Shown here: positions 54,973 through 63,923 of the stretch, piece by piece | Layout of the letters: the number at the start of each line of letters is the position of its first letter | Numbering within the stretch: the stretch's first letter is position 1 | NCBI GenBank assembly: GCA_050183505.1 | Contig: JBFXBG010000003.1 | Location: forward strand, 13,823 to 77,822 | DNA length: 64,000 nt | Reading direction: 5' to 3' | Source: Gemmatimonadales bacterium | GTDB taxonomy: Bacteria > Gemmatimonadota > Gemmatimonadetes > Gemmatimonadales > GWC2-71-9 | Notes under the pieces: generated by a model | Seen by the model: the letters and a program-made list of their open reading frames with translations, nothing else | Databases searched by the model: none | What the model was told of the DNA's origin: nothing | Program-made: the position numbers and the translations under genes

Positions 54973-55890
54973 ATGTCCAAACGCCGCTGGACTTTCGTCA
55001 TCGTGCCCCCGGGCTCCGAAGCCTCGCGTGTCGTCGAGGTGTCGCAGACCGTGCTCAAGGCGGTCGGGGCCGCGGCCCTGGTGTTTGCCCTGCTCGCCAC
55101 CGGGCTGGGTTACTCCACCTATTCCCGCTCGCTGCACCTCAGCCATACCGACCAGCTCGAACGCGAGAATCAGCAGATCAACGCCGCCCTGCTCCAGATG
55201 AGCGGCCGGCTGGATACTCTGACCGACACCCTGTCGGTCATCGCGCAGCGTGACAGCCGGGTCCGCCTGCTGGCCAATCTCGAACCGGTGGATCCGCAGG
55301 TGCTCGAAGCCGGTATCGGCGGCCCGGCCCGCGGCCCGGCTGACGTGCCCCGGAGCCAGGCCGAACGCAAGGCCGCCAGCCTGCGGGTGGATTTGAACGC
55401 GCTGCTCCGGAAGGCCAACATCCTGGCCGCCTCCTTCAAGGAGACGGCGGACAGTCTGGAGCAGCACTCCAGGCGGCTGGCGTCGATTCCGTCGATCATG
55501 CCGACCCAGGGCTGGCTCTCCAGCGCCTTTTCCTCGATGCGGCAGCATCCGATCCTGCACATTGCGCGGCCCCATGAAGGCATCGACGTCACCGCCGACA
55601 TGGGCGCCCCGATCGAAGCGCCGGCCGCCGGTGTGGTCATCGCCGCCCGCTGGGAAAACGGCTACGGCAACACGCTCGAGATCGACCACGGCTACGGTAT
55701 CGTGACCCGCTTTGCCCACGCCTCCAAGCTGCTGGTCCACAAGGGCGAGCGCGTCACCCGGGGGCAGAAGATCGCCCTGGTGGGCAACACCGGGCTCGCC
55801 ACCGGCCCGCACCTGCACTATGAGGTGCACGTCAACGGCCGCCCGGTGGATCCGCTCAAGTACGTGCTGCCGGATGCGATCGTGGACTGA
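54973..55890 (+). CDS. M23-family peptidoglycan metallo-endopeptidase
   Basis: N-terminal TM, coiled-coil, then HEGIDV...GNTGLATGPHLHYEVHVNG. Confidence 0.9.
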   Translation: MSKRRWTFVIVPPGSEASRVVEVSQTVLKAVGAAALVFALLATGLGYSTYSRSLHLSHTDQLERENQQINAALLQMSGRLDTLTDTLSVIAQRDSRVRLLANLEPVDPQVLEAGIGGPARGPADVPRSQAERKAASLRVDLNALLRKANILAASFKETADSLEQHSRRLASIPSIMPTQGWLSSAFSSMRQHPILHIARPHEGIDVTADMGAPIEAPAAGVVIAARWENGYGNTLEIDHGYGIVTRFAHASKLLVHKGERVTRGQKIALVGNTGLATGPHLHYEVHVNGRPVDPLKYVLPDAIVD

Positions 55891-55985
55891 ACGGCGGTGA
55901 GCGGGAAGCAGTGAACGGTGAACGGGGCCGGTGTCCACATCCCGATGGACAAACCGGCCCCGTTTACCGTTCACCGTTCACTGTG
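55887..55985. repeat. GTGAACG-family hairpin element with GGGGCCGG/GTCCA inner clamp
   Basis: ctgaacg..cagtgaa cggtgaa cgggg ccgg t gtcca catcccga tggac aaa ccgg ccccg tttaccg ttcaccg ttcactg. Confidence 0.9.
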
Positions 55986-55987
55986 CT

Positions 55988-56557
55988 TCAGAACTGCACC
56001 TTCGGCACCTCCTCCGCTCCGGCGGTGGTCTCGAAGTAGTTCCTGGGTTTGCTCATCCCGAACATCTTGGCGGTGAGGTTGTAGGGAAATTTCCGGATGA
56101 ACGCGTTGTACTGTTCCACGGCGCCGTTGTAGTCCTGCCGGGCCACCGAAATGCGATTCTCCGTCCCGGTCAGTTCGTCCTGCAATTGCAGGAAGTTCTG
56201 GTTGGACTTGAGTTCCGGGTAGTTCTCCGAGATTGCCAGCAGGCGGGAGAGGGGCGCCGTGAGCGCCGCGTTCGCCTCGGCCATCTGGCCCACATCCCCG
56301 CTCTGCACCGCGCCGGCGAGTCTGGCCCGAGCCTCGGCGACCCGGATGAACACCGTGGTTTCCTGCTGGGCGAATCCCTTGACCGTATTGACCAGGTTGG
56401 GGATGAGATCGGCCCGGCGCTGCAGCTGCGCCTTGATGTTGCCCTCGGCCTTGTTGACCGTCTCGTCCATGGTCTGCATCCGGTTATAGCCGCACCCGGT
56501 GGTAGCCAGCATCAGGACCGCCGCCACCGCCCACTGCCGGCTCAAGCCTCGCGTCAT
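55988..56557 (-). CDS. lemA: LemA family protein
   Basis: Lipobox/TM LMLATTGC, QLQRRADLIPNLV, YPELKSNQNFLQLQDEL, YNAFIRKFP. Confidence 0.9.
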   Translation of the reverse strand: MTRGLSRQWAVAAVLMLATTGCGYNRMQTMDETVNKAEGNIKAQLQRRADLIPNLVNTVKGFAQQETTVFIRVAEARARLAGAVQSGDVGQMAEANAALTAPLSRLLAISENYPELKSNQNFLQLQDELTGTENRISVARQDYNGAVEQYNAFIRKFPYNLTAKMFGMSKPRNYFETTAGAEEVPKVQF

Positions 56558-57273
56558 GTTGCGTCTCCGAGCTGAAGTTCATCCACGTAACTGACCGCTT
56601 TCTCCACCGCGGTCATGTACCCCTCGAACAGGCTGCGCGAGCAGGCCCACCGCTTGTCGCCCCGGTGTTCCAGGGATTCCAGCAGGGGGGCCGCGGTGAA
56701 TCCCACCATCGCCCCCGCCATGGTCAGCACCCGCCGGGCATCGGCGACGCCCTCCCGGCCCGCCAGCTTGAGGAGACAGCGCATCAGCACGATGATGGTG
56801 CCGATGCTCTGCTGGGCCAGGCTGCCCAGACCCTCGGGATGACTGCCGGCCGGGAGATACCCCTGGCGCAGCCGGGTGAGCTTGCCCCTGAACTCCCGCT
56901 CCAGCGACCGGCGCAGCTCCGGCCGGCTCACCTCGGCATCCTCGAGGGGATCCCGCCCCCGAAGGACCTTGTAGGCGATCGTCATGTCGGTGATTTCGAT
57001 CGGGAACACGTCGGCGGCGCGGTCCCACTCCGCCCGGCTCAGCAGCAGCGGCGGGAACTGGCCATGGCCGACCCAGAAGCGATAGGGTTCCACCAGCACC
57101 GCCAGCACGTCGAAATCCAGATGGTCGAGCACCAGCATCAGATTGATGTCCGACCGGCCTTCGAGGTAATCCCCCCGGGCCAGGGAGCCGTACAGCACCG
57201 CGCTGTAGTCGGCCGCCAGGGCCTGATCGACCCGGTCGAGGAAGGGCTCGACGACCTTTCTCATCTGACTCAT
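56554..57273 (-). CDS. nucleotidyltransferase-domain protein (KNTase/MNT-like, two-domain)
   Basis: ATG at 57273 with GGGAGG upstream. YGSLARGDYLEGRSDINLMLVL (G-S...D-x-N in place of the usual D-x-D). Helical C-terminal half. Overlaps both neighbours (TGATG, ATGA). Confidence 0.7.
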   Translation of the reverse strand: MSQMRKVVEPFLDRVDQALAADYSAVLYGSLARGDYLEGRSDINLMLVLDHLDFDVLAVLVEPYRFWVGHGQFPPLLLSRAEWDRAADVFPIEITDMTIAYKVLRGRDPLEDAEVSRPELRRSLEREFRGKLTRLRQGYLPAGSHPEGLGSLAQQSIGTIIVLMRCLLKLAGREGVADARRVLTMAGAMVGFTAAPLLESLEHRGDKRWACSRSLFEGYMTAVEKAVSYVDELQLGDAT

Positions 57274-58082
57274 CAGAACCTCCCGCCTGCGCCGCCGCCG
57301 CTGAAACCGCCGCCGCCGCCGAATCCACCGAAGCCCCCGCCCCCGAACCCGCCGCCGCCACCGAATCCGCCCCCGCCCCAGCCTCCACCCCAATATATCC
57401 GGGGTCCGCCACGCCGGCCGCCGCGACCGCCCCGGCCGCCGCCGCTCATCACCAGCAGCATGATGATCACAAAGACGATGAGCGGCAGGTACTGGAGGAA
57501 TCCGGGGGGTTGGGTGACAGTCTCCCCCGGCACCGCGGCGGTCAGGGCGGAATCGGTGACCCCATACCCCCGGGCGATGAGTCCCACCAGCGCGCCGACG
57601 CCGGTCATCAGGGCCGGTCCGTACTCTTCCCGGCTCAGCTGGGGGCGCATGAGTTCCCGGACCTGGCCGGCCCGGGCATCGGTGATCATCCCCTCGATGC
57701 CCTGCCCGGTGGCGATGAAAATGGCTCCGGTCCCGGGCCGGTGATCCTGACGCGGCACCAGCAGCAGGACGACGCCGTTGTTCCGCCTCGGGTCTCCGAT
57801 GTCGGCCTTGGCCCCGACGCCCCACGCGCGTCCGATCTGCAGCGCCACATCGCTCTCGGCGTAATCGCCGATCGTCGGCAGGGTAACCACGGCGATCTCC
57901 GCCGTGGTCGCGGCGCGCAGCCGCTCGATGAGCCGGGTCATGCTGTCCCGGGCCGCCGGATCGACCACGCCGGCAACATCGGTGACCCAGCCGGTCGGAG
58001 CCCGGGGAAAGAGGGATTGAATCCCGCCTTGCGCGGCGCCCGCCTGCCAGGCTCCGAGTTGAAGCAGAAGCAGCACCGCCAT
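57273..58082 (-). CDS. TPM-domain protein (YgcG-like) with Gly-rich tail
   Basis: WVTDVAGVVDPAARDSMTRLIERL...EIAVVTL...NNGVVLLLV, a TM segment, then the GGGFGGGG tail. Start taken at ATG 58082 (alternative 58160). Confidence 0.8.
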   Translation of the reverse strand: MAVLLLLQLGAWQAGAAQGGIQSLFPRAPTGWVTDVAGVVDPAARDSMTRLIERLRAATTAEIAVVTLPTIGDYAESDVALQIGRAWGVGAKADIGDPRRNNGVVLLLVPRQDHRPGTGAIFIATGQGIEGMITDARAGQVRELMRPQLSREEYGPALMTGVGALVGLIARGYGVTDSALTAAVPGETVTQPPGFLQYLPLIVFVIIMLLVMSGGGRGGRGGRRGGPRIYWGGGWGGGGFGGGGGFGGGGFGGFGGGGGFSGGGAGGRF

Positions 58083-58134
58083 AGCTTTGGCGGTCCCCGC
58101 GGTCCAGTGTCGCTTTCCCGATCCAGGAATCGTC

Positions 58135-58881
58135 GTGTTCCGGTCTCTCCTCGTTGCCATCGGTCTCCTCGTGCTTGCCGCCTGCGAGCCGGCGCCGGTT
58201 CGGATCCGGGTACAGGTTCCGGATGCGGAGGGTCGGGACGTGCCCGCGGCGGGCCAGCCCATCGTTGCCCTGCCCTACGATCGGGACAGCGTCATCCGGG
58301 CCCTGGAAGCGACCGCCGCCACTCCGCGTCCCCACACCGCGGAACTCGACAGTCTCTTCGCCCGGTTCCGGTCACCATTCACCGCCTATGCCGGACTGGG
58401 CTGGCGTGCCCGGAGCGTTCGCGACTCCCTGAACCGGCTTCGCGATCGCCTCGATTCGCTTCCCCGCGGCGAAGCCGAGTATGCCCGGCTCTACCAGGAC
58501 TTCACCATCCTCTCGGACACGCTGGCCGCGCTGGAGCGGGCCTCCACCCCGGCGCGGCAGGCGCTGGATCGCGCTCGCAGCCATGTCCTTCCGCGAATCG
58601 ACAGCCTGCGTCGCGTCGTGGCCTTGTGGGAAGATAGCACGTTCCGGCAGTACGACAGCCTGGTCACCGCACTGGCCGGCACCCGCCATCCCGTCGCCGA
58701 CACCACCGATGCCGACGGCCGCGCCACTCTGCACTTCGGCTCCGGGACGTGGTGGATCTACACCCATGCGTGGGACGTCACCGACCCCTATGCGGAATGG
58801 TACTGGAATGTCCGGGTCGAGGGGGACAGCGTGACCCTGAACCGGCAGAACGGCAGGCGGAGACCGAGATACGGGAACTGA
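58135..58881 (+). CDS. hypothetical lipoprotein
   Basis: GTG at 58135. Lipobox LLVLAAC. No family recognised. Confidence 0.55.
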   Translation: MFRSLLVAIGLLVLAACEPAPVRIRVQVPDAEGRDVPAAGQPIVALPYDRDSVIRALEATAATPRPHTAELDSLFARFRSPFTAYAGLGWRARSVRDSLNRLRDRLDSLPRGEAEYARLYQDFTILSDTLAALERASTPARQALDRARSHVLPRIDSLRRVVALWEDSTFRQYDSLVTALAGTRHPVADTTDADGRATLHFGSGTWWIYTHAWDVTDPYAEWYWNVRVEGDSVTLNRQNGRRRPRYGN

Positions 58882-58888
58882 TGGAAGG

Positions 58889-58945
58889 GCTGAGGACTGA
58901 GGACTGAGGACTGAGGGCTGAGCGGCTGAGGACTGAGGGCTGAGC
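58889..58945. repeat. 8-unit heptamer array (GCTGAGG, ACTGAGG x3, GCTGAGC, GCTGAGG, ACTGAGG, GCTGAGC)
   Basis: Read directly. One 1-nt phase slip at 58924. Confidence 0.9.
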
Positions 58946-58979
58946 GGCTTTCCGAAGTCTGGCCCCTCCCTTCCCACCG

Positions 58980-59678
58980 ATGTACCATTCCTGTATGCCC
59001 AACTACCGCGTACTGGTTCCCGCCTTTGTCCTGGTTGCCGGGGGGGCGTTCCTGCTGGGCCGCCGGGCCACGCCGGGGACATCGGTTGCCGCATCGCCCG
59101 CGGCGGTGGCTCCGGCCGCAAAGGACTCGATCGACTACATGATCAACCAGCGCTCCCTGGGCTCGCCCGAAGCGCCGGTGACCGTATTCGAGATGTCCGA
59201 TTTCCAGTGTCCCTACTGCCGGCGGCACGCGCTCGAGACCTTCCCCGAGTTGAAGCAGCGGTTCATCGACACCGGCAAGGTGCAGTGGATCTTCATCAAC
59301 TTCCCGCTCACCCAGCTCCATCCCAATGCGGCGGCGGCCGCGGAGTTCGGGCTCTGCTCCGCCAAGGCGGACCGGTTCTGGCCCATCCACGACCTGCTCT
59401 ACCGCAACCAGGACACCTGGGCGCCCATGGAAGACCCGGCCCCGTACTTCATGGGGCTGGCCGACTCCATCGGCCTCCCGCGGAAGGCCATCGCGCCGTG
59501 CCTCGAGTCGGGGGAGATGCGTATCCTGGTCCAGTACGATGCCGAGGGAGCCTCCCGCGCGGGCGCCCACAGCACGCCCAGTTTCTTCATCGAGGGCGGC
59601 ATGCTCCGCGGTGCCGTACCGGCCGAGCCGTTCGGGGCGATACTGGATTCGATCTACGCGGCGAAGGCTGGGGGTTAG
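58980..59678 (+). CDS. DsbA-family thioredoxin-fold protein
   Basis: VTVFEMSDFQCPYCRRH and STPSFFIEG. Alternative start at ATG 58995. Confidence 0.85.
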   Translation: MYHSCMPNYRVLVPAFVLVAGGAFLLGRRATPGTSVAASPAAVAPAAKDSIDYMINQRSLGSPEAPVTVFEMSDFQCPYCRRHALETFPELKQRFIDTGKVQWIFINFPLTQLHPNAAAAAEFGLCSAKADRFWPIHDLLYRNQDTWAPMEDPAPYFMGLADSIGLPRKAIAPCLESGEMRILVQYDAEGASRAGAHSTPSFFIEGGMLRGAVPAEPFGAILDSIYAAKAGG

Positions 59679-59913
59679 GGGAGAGGTTGAGAGGTTGAAG
59701 AGTCGAGAAGGCGAGAAGTCGAGAAGTCGAGAAGGCCAGAAGTCGAGTGGTCACGGAATCCCGGTCCGGCTCCTTCACTCGCAAGAGGGAGCCGCTGACC
59801 GTCGGACTGCTCGACTCCTCGACCTCTCGACTTCTCGACCTCTCGACTTCACTACCTCCCGACTTCTCGACTTCTCTGCCTCCCGACTTCTCGACCTCTC
59901 GACCTCTCGACTC
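59678..59913. repeat. inverted 8-mer arrays (GAAGTCGA-type x8) ... (CTTCTCGA/CCTCTCGA-type x13)
   Basis: gaggttga gaggttga agagtcga gaaggcga gaagtcga gaagtcga ..., then tcctcgac ctctcgac ttctcgac ... Lies between convergent dsbA-like and CPBP genes. Confidence 0.92.
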
Positions 59914-60637
59914 ATATGGCCAAAAACACATCATACAGCGCATGAGTCCAGGCCGTGATGCCGAAGCCCCGGAGCAGGTAGAGTCCGCTGAACATCACGC
60001 CGGCCACGGCCCGGAAGGTGAATGAGGCCGCTTCCAGCCGGTCGCCGTAGGGGCCGATGTAGTGGAACGCGGAAAAGATCAGCGCTCCCACCAGGGTGGC
60101 AAACACCCCCGCGGCAACCTCCGACCATCCCATCCGCCGTCCCAGCCAGGCCAGTCCCGAGACCAGCAGGACCCGGAACAGCAGTTCCTCGTACAGGCCG
60201 GCCCCGAGCGAGATCATGAGCTGGGTGGGCAGGTCGAAGGATGCCAGGCCGCCGACCGCCAGCGCGATCCCGCCGTTCAGGATGAGCCCGGTCAGGATGC
60301 TGGCCACGCTGCCGAACAGCAGGGCATACACCACCGATTCCGCCGCCATACCGAGGAAGATCCGGCCCTGGAGCTTCCCGCCGGCCCGGCGCCAGTCGCG
60401 CCAGACCAGGGCGGCGCCGGTCCCCACCAGCAGGAAGCCGAACACAATCAGTCCATTCCGCCCGCCCAGCGCCACGAATACGCTCTTGAGCATCACGTCC
60501 GCCCCGTTTCGAACCCCGGCGAACGCGTCGTGGGACAGGGCAAACGCCAGCAGCTCGTAGAGCACCAGCAACGGAAAGACGAAAAGCAGGCTGTAGCGCG
60601 GGGCGCGTGAAGTGCGCCAGTAGGCGGAGGTAAACAT
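59912..60637 (-). CDS. CPBP-family intramembrane glutamic endopeptidase (CAAX protease-like)
   Basis: ATG at 60637. GLYEELLFRVLL...FSAFHY...THALYD motifs. Confidence 0.8.
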   Translation of the reverse strand: MFTSAYWRTSRAPRYSLLFVFPLLVLYELLAFALSHDAFAGVRNGADVMLKSVFVALGGRNGLIVFGFLLVGTGAALVWRDWRRAGGKLQGRIFLGMAAESVVYALLFGSVASILTGLILNGGIALAVGGLASFDLPTQLMISLGAGLYEELLFRVLLVSGLAWLGRRMGWSEVAAGVFATLVGALIFSAFHYIGPYGDRLEAASFTFRAVAGVMFSGLYLLRGFGITAWTHALYDVFLAI

Positions 60638-60655
60638 GGTAAGGGAAAATAGCGA

Positions 60656-60697
60656 GGGACGGCCGAGGCCGAGACGGCCAGGACGGCCGGGACGGCC
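60656..60697. repeat. tandem 9-mer array NNGACGGCC
   Basis: gggacggcc gaggcc gagacggcc aggacggcc gggacggcc, in the divergent CPBP/waaA gap. Confidence 0.7.
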
Positions 60698-60736
60698 ACC
60701 TTGCCAGCCGCCGCCTCTCCCCTGACATTCCCGCCC

Positions 60737-62035
60737 ATGCCCCGCACGTCCCTGCTGTACCGGATCGGCCTGGGGATGAGCCTGCCGCTTGTCCCCGTGG
60801 CCGGTCTGTTCGACGCCAAGATCAGGCGGAGCCACCCGGCCCGCCGTCGCGCGCTGCGGGAGTTCCAGCAGTGGGGTGCCACCAGCCGGGACCCGGCCAG
60901 GCCGCTCATCTGGTTCCACGCCCCGTCGGTAGGGGAGGGCCTGCAGGCTCGTCCGGTACTGGCCCGGCTCCGGGCCCGGCACCCGGACTGGCAGTTCGCC
61001 TACACCTTTTTCAGCCCGTCCGCCGAGGGGTTTGCCCGGAAGTCCGGGGCCGACGTGTCGGGCTACATCCCGTACGACACCGCCCGGATGGCCAAACTGC
61101 TGCTGGATGCGCTCCGGCCGTCGGCGCTTGTTTTCGCCAAGCTGGACCTGTGGCCGGAACTGGCCACCCGGGCGGCGGCCCGCGGTATCCCCCCGGGACT
61201 CATCGCCGGAACGGTCCGTCCCCGCAGCAGCCGGCTCCGATGGCCGGCGCGGCAGCTGCTCCGCCCGGGCTACGCTGCCCTGTCCCTCGCCGGTGCCATC
61301 TCGGACGCCGATCGGGCCCGGCTGAGCGAACTCGGCTGCCGGCCGGAGACGCTTCGTGTCCTGGGCGACCCGCGCTTCGACAGCGTGATAGACGTGGTCC
61401 GCGCCGCCCCCGAGGACGATCCCCTGAAGGCATTCGGCCACGGTGCCCCGACGATGGTCGCCGGTTCAACCTGGCCGGGGGATGAGGCCGTCCTGCTGGA
61501 AGCGTTCGCCCGGCTGCATGTGCGCCGGCCCACGGCGCGACTGATCCTGGTGCCGCACGAACCGACCCCGGCCCATCTGGCGCAGATCGACCGCCTGGCG
61601 GCCCGGTTCGGCCTGTCGGCCCCGGTGCGGTCCAGTGCGGCCGGGGGCCCCGTTCCCCTGCTGGTGGTGGATCAGATCGGGATACTGGCCCGCCTGTACG
61701 GAGCCGGCACCATGGCCTTCGTGGGCGGCGGGTTCCACGGCCGGGGCCTGCATTCGGTGCTGGAACCGGCGGCCTGGGGCATCCCCAGCGTGTTCGGGCC
61801 CCGCTGGGAAGAGAGCCGGGACGCGTCGCTGCTGCTGGAGGCCGGCGGAGCCGAAGCGCTGGCCGAACTCGGCGCGGTCGAGGCGGCCGGTGTGCTGGAG
61901 AATCTCTGGGAGGACTGGATCGTCAACGAGATCCGGCGGAAGGCGCAGGGCCGCAAGGCGTACGGGGTGGTGCAGCAGGGCCTGGGTGCGGCGGACCGCA
62001 CGGCCGATGCGGTGGAGACGCTGGTGATCGGGTGA
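60737..62035 (+). CDS. waaA: 3-deoxy-D-manno-octulosonic acid (Kdo) transferase
   Basis: IWFHAPSVGEG...FSPSAE...GGGFHGRGLHSVLEPAAWG. The stop TGA lies in the first repeat unit. Confidence 0.88.
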   Translation: MPRTSLLYRIGLGMSLPLVPVAGLFDAKIRRSHPARRRALREFQQWGATSRDPARPLIWFHAPSVGEGLQARPVLARLRARHPDWQFAYTFFSPSAEGFARKSGADVSGYIPYDTARMAKLLLDALRPSALVFAKLDLWPELATRAAARGIPPGLIAGTVRPRSSRLRWPARQLLRPGYAALSLAGAISDADRARLSELGCRPETLRVLGDPRFDSVIDVVRAAPEDDPLKAFGHGAPTMVAGSTWPGDEAVLLEAFARLHVRRPTARLILVPHEPTPAHLAQIDRLAARFGLSAPVRSSAAGGPVPLLVVDQIGILARLYGAGTMAFVGGGFHGRGLHSVLEPAAWGIPSVFGPRWEESRDASLLLEAGGAEALAELGAVEAAGVLENLWEDWIVNEIRRKAQGRKAYGVVQQGLGAADRTADAVETLVIG

Positions 62036-62117
62036 GCAGTAAACGGTGCACGGTAAACGGGGCCGGTCTGTCCATTGAGATGAGGACGCCGGCCCCGTTT
62101 ACCGTCACCGCTCAACG
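62031..62117. repeat. GTGAACG-family hairpin element with GGGGCCGG/GTCC inner clamp
   Basis: ggtgagc agtaaac ggtgcac ggtaaac gggg ccgg tct gtcc attgagatga ggac g ccgg cccc gtttacc gtcaccg. Confidence 0.9.
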
Positions 62118-62125
62118 TCTGCAGC

Positions 62126-62506
62126 CTACTCCGCCACCACGCCCTCGACCGTCACCGACCGCGGCACCACCAGCCCGGCGGTGAGGACGGTCACCAGCAG
62201 ATCCGTCCATCGGGTGCGGGCCCTGATCCTGATATCGGAGATCGACTTCCCGCCGGCGAGCTCGGTGGCGAGGACCTTCTGGATCGACGGCCGTTTGAGC
62301 TTGAAGAGCCCCCACAGCCCGAAGACCGCGTGGGTGGTGACTTCGAAGCGCGCTCCGGCCGGATGCTGGCCGGCTTGAGTGGACAGCGTTGCGGGAACGC
62401 CCAGGGTCGTGGCGTCGTAGGTCACCGAACAGCCGGCGGCGGTCACCAGCACCGCCGCCAGCAGTCCCGCACGGAGAAGACCTGGAATTCTGAATGGAGC
62501 GCGCAT
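62126..62506 (-). CDS. small lipoprotein (Bor/Iss-like, weak)
   Basis: ATG at 62506. Lipobox VTAAGCS. Overall layout is reminiscent of Bor-family lipoproteins. Confidence 0.5.
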   Translation of the reverse strand: MRAPFRIPGLLRAGLLAAVLVTAAGCSVTYDATTLGVPATLSTQAGQHPAGARFEVTTHAVFGLWGLFKLKRPSIQKVLATELAGGKSISDIRIRARTRWTDLLVTVLTAGLVVPRSVTVEGVVAE

Positions 62507-62522
62507 GCAGGGTTCGCCGGGC

Positions 62523-63161
62523 TCAGAGCCCGGGGACCTTGATGGCATAGTGCACCCCGACGCCGATCACGGCCGGGCTCGCCCCGTCCACGGTCACCCG
62601 GTCGTAGGCCACGCTGAATCCCAGCCCGCTCAGCAGGTTGAAATCGATCCCGCCGCTGATGCCGAAGTTCGAATCGGTGTTGCTGCTTCCGTTGGAGATC
62701 CGGACCACATCCAGCCGGGGCGCGATCCAGGGATGGATGGCCACGACGGTGGTCGGGATCGTGGCGGTGAGGCCGACGCCCACGGGGAAACGCCACATGG
62801 TGAAGGTGCCCAGATCGGTATGGGCCGCGCCGCCCTGCAGGGTGATCGCGAACGGGATCAGCGGCCCGCCGAAGACCTTGAAGTTCACCGTCCCGCCGAA
62901 CGAGGTATGGGAGCTGCCGTTCTTCGGGTCGTAGTTCGACACGGTGGCGCTCACGCCGAGCGGTCCGAGGCCAAGCTCACCGGTGAGGCCGTAGGCCGTG
63001 CCCTTCCCCGCATCGGTGTTGGGAAACCCGGCTTCGGCCTGCAGCTGGATGCCGGTACCGACACCGTTGTTGTAGACCGGCAGTCCGGGGTTCTGCGCGG
63101 CCGCGACGGCCGTCACACCCAGCGACATCGCCAACGCGAGGAGCAGTGGTCTGCGACGCAT
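62523..63161 (-). CDS. outer-membrane beta-barrel protein
   Basis: ATG at 63161 with GGAGG upstream. Signal peptide MRRRPLLLALAMSLGVTAVAAAQ. Alternating Gly/aromatic beta-strand pattern. Confidence 0.7.
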   Translation of the reverse strand: MRRRPLLLALAMSLGVTAVAAAQNPGLPVYNNGVGTGIQLQAEAGFPNTDAGKGTAYGLTGELGLGPLGVSATVSNYDPKNGSSHTSFGGTVNFKVFGGPLIPFAITLQGGAAHTDLGTFTMWRFPVGVGLTATIPTTVVAIHPWIAPRLDVVRISNGSSNTDSNFGISGGIDFNLLSGLGFSVAYDRVTVDGASPAVIGVGVHYAIKVPGL

Positions 63162-63240
63162 GGATCCTCCAGATGAGGTAATGAAGCAAGCGGCTGGCAA
63201 GCTAAGGGAGCGGCGGGACAGGGTCAACGAGGGGAAGAGG

Positions 63241-63275
63241 GGTGCCGGGGTGCCGGGTGCCCGGCCGCCGGCACC
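63241..63275. terminator. GGTGCCGG 8-mer repeats forming a GC hairpin (terminator candidate for the minus-strand barrel gene)
   Basis: ggtgccgg ggtgccgg gtgcccgg ccg ccggcacc, 6 nt beyond the stop at 63282..63284. No U-tract. Confidence 0.45.
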
Positions 63276-63281
63276 GCTCGC

Positions 63282-63923
63282 CTACCGCAGCACCGCGATC
63301 CCGAGGCTGATGCCGTCGTAGTCCCCCAGGGCTCCGGCGACCCGCAGCTCGAAGGAGCGGGTGAAGCGGATGTCGACACCGAGGCCGATGGTGAACAGGA
63401 CGTCGTCGCTCCCGTCACCGAAGGTGGGGACGAAGACCGGGTGGAAGTAGGGCACAAAGCTGGTCTCGGTGCCCTCCAGGTCGACTTCCCGGCCCAGAGA
63501 CAGCCCGATGGGAATGAACCCGGTGGAGAAGCCGTCCCCGAACTGCCCGCCGAGGCCGACGGTCAACGCGCCGTCGAGGGGGAACCCCTCGCTGCTCCGG
63601 ATGACCCGCTGCCGGAAATCGATGCCGCCGAGAAAGTAGGTATCGCTCCGGCCCTGAAAGAAGGGGCCGCCGCCGTTGTTGCTGTCTCCCACGCCGAGCC
63701 GGATGCCGACGTCGGACGTTCCCCGGCCCCAGCGATAGGAACCCTCCAGCGTAAACCCGCTGCCGGGATCGCTGAAGTACCCGCCCCACTCGTGGGCGCG
63801 GAACGCGTGATAGGGTGCCAGAAAGACCGGCGAGCCGGTGGTCTGGGCGGCGGCGGGTGCGGGGACGGCGATGAGAACCAGCAGGAACCCGGCCAGGGCC
63901 GGGAGGGCATTTCTAATGGGCAT
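63282..63923 (-). CDS. outer-membrane beta-barrel protein
   Basis: Signal peptide ALAGFLLVLIAVPAPAAAQ. Gly-rich alternating strands. Ends ...GISLGIAVLR. Confidence 0.7.
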   Translation of the reverse strand: MPIRNALPALAGFLLVLIAVPAPAAAQTTGSPVFLAPYHAFRAHEWGGYFSDPGSGFTLEGSYRWGRGTSDVGIRLGVGDSNNGGGPFFQGRSDTYFLGGIDFRQRVIRSSEGFPLDGALTVGLGGQFGDGFSTGFIPIGLSLGREVDLEGTETSFVPYFHPVFVPTFGDGSDDVLFTIGLGVDIRFTRSFELRVAGALGDYDGISLGIAVLR

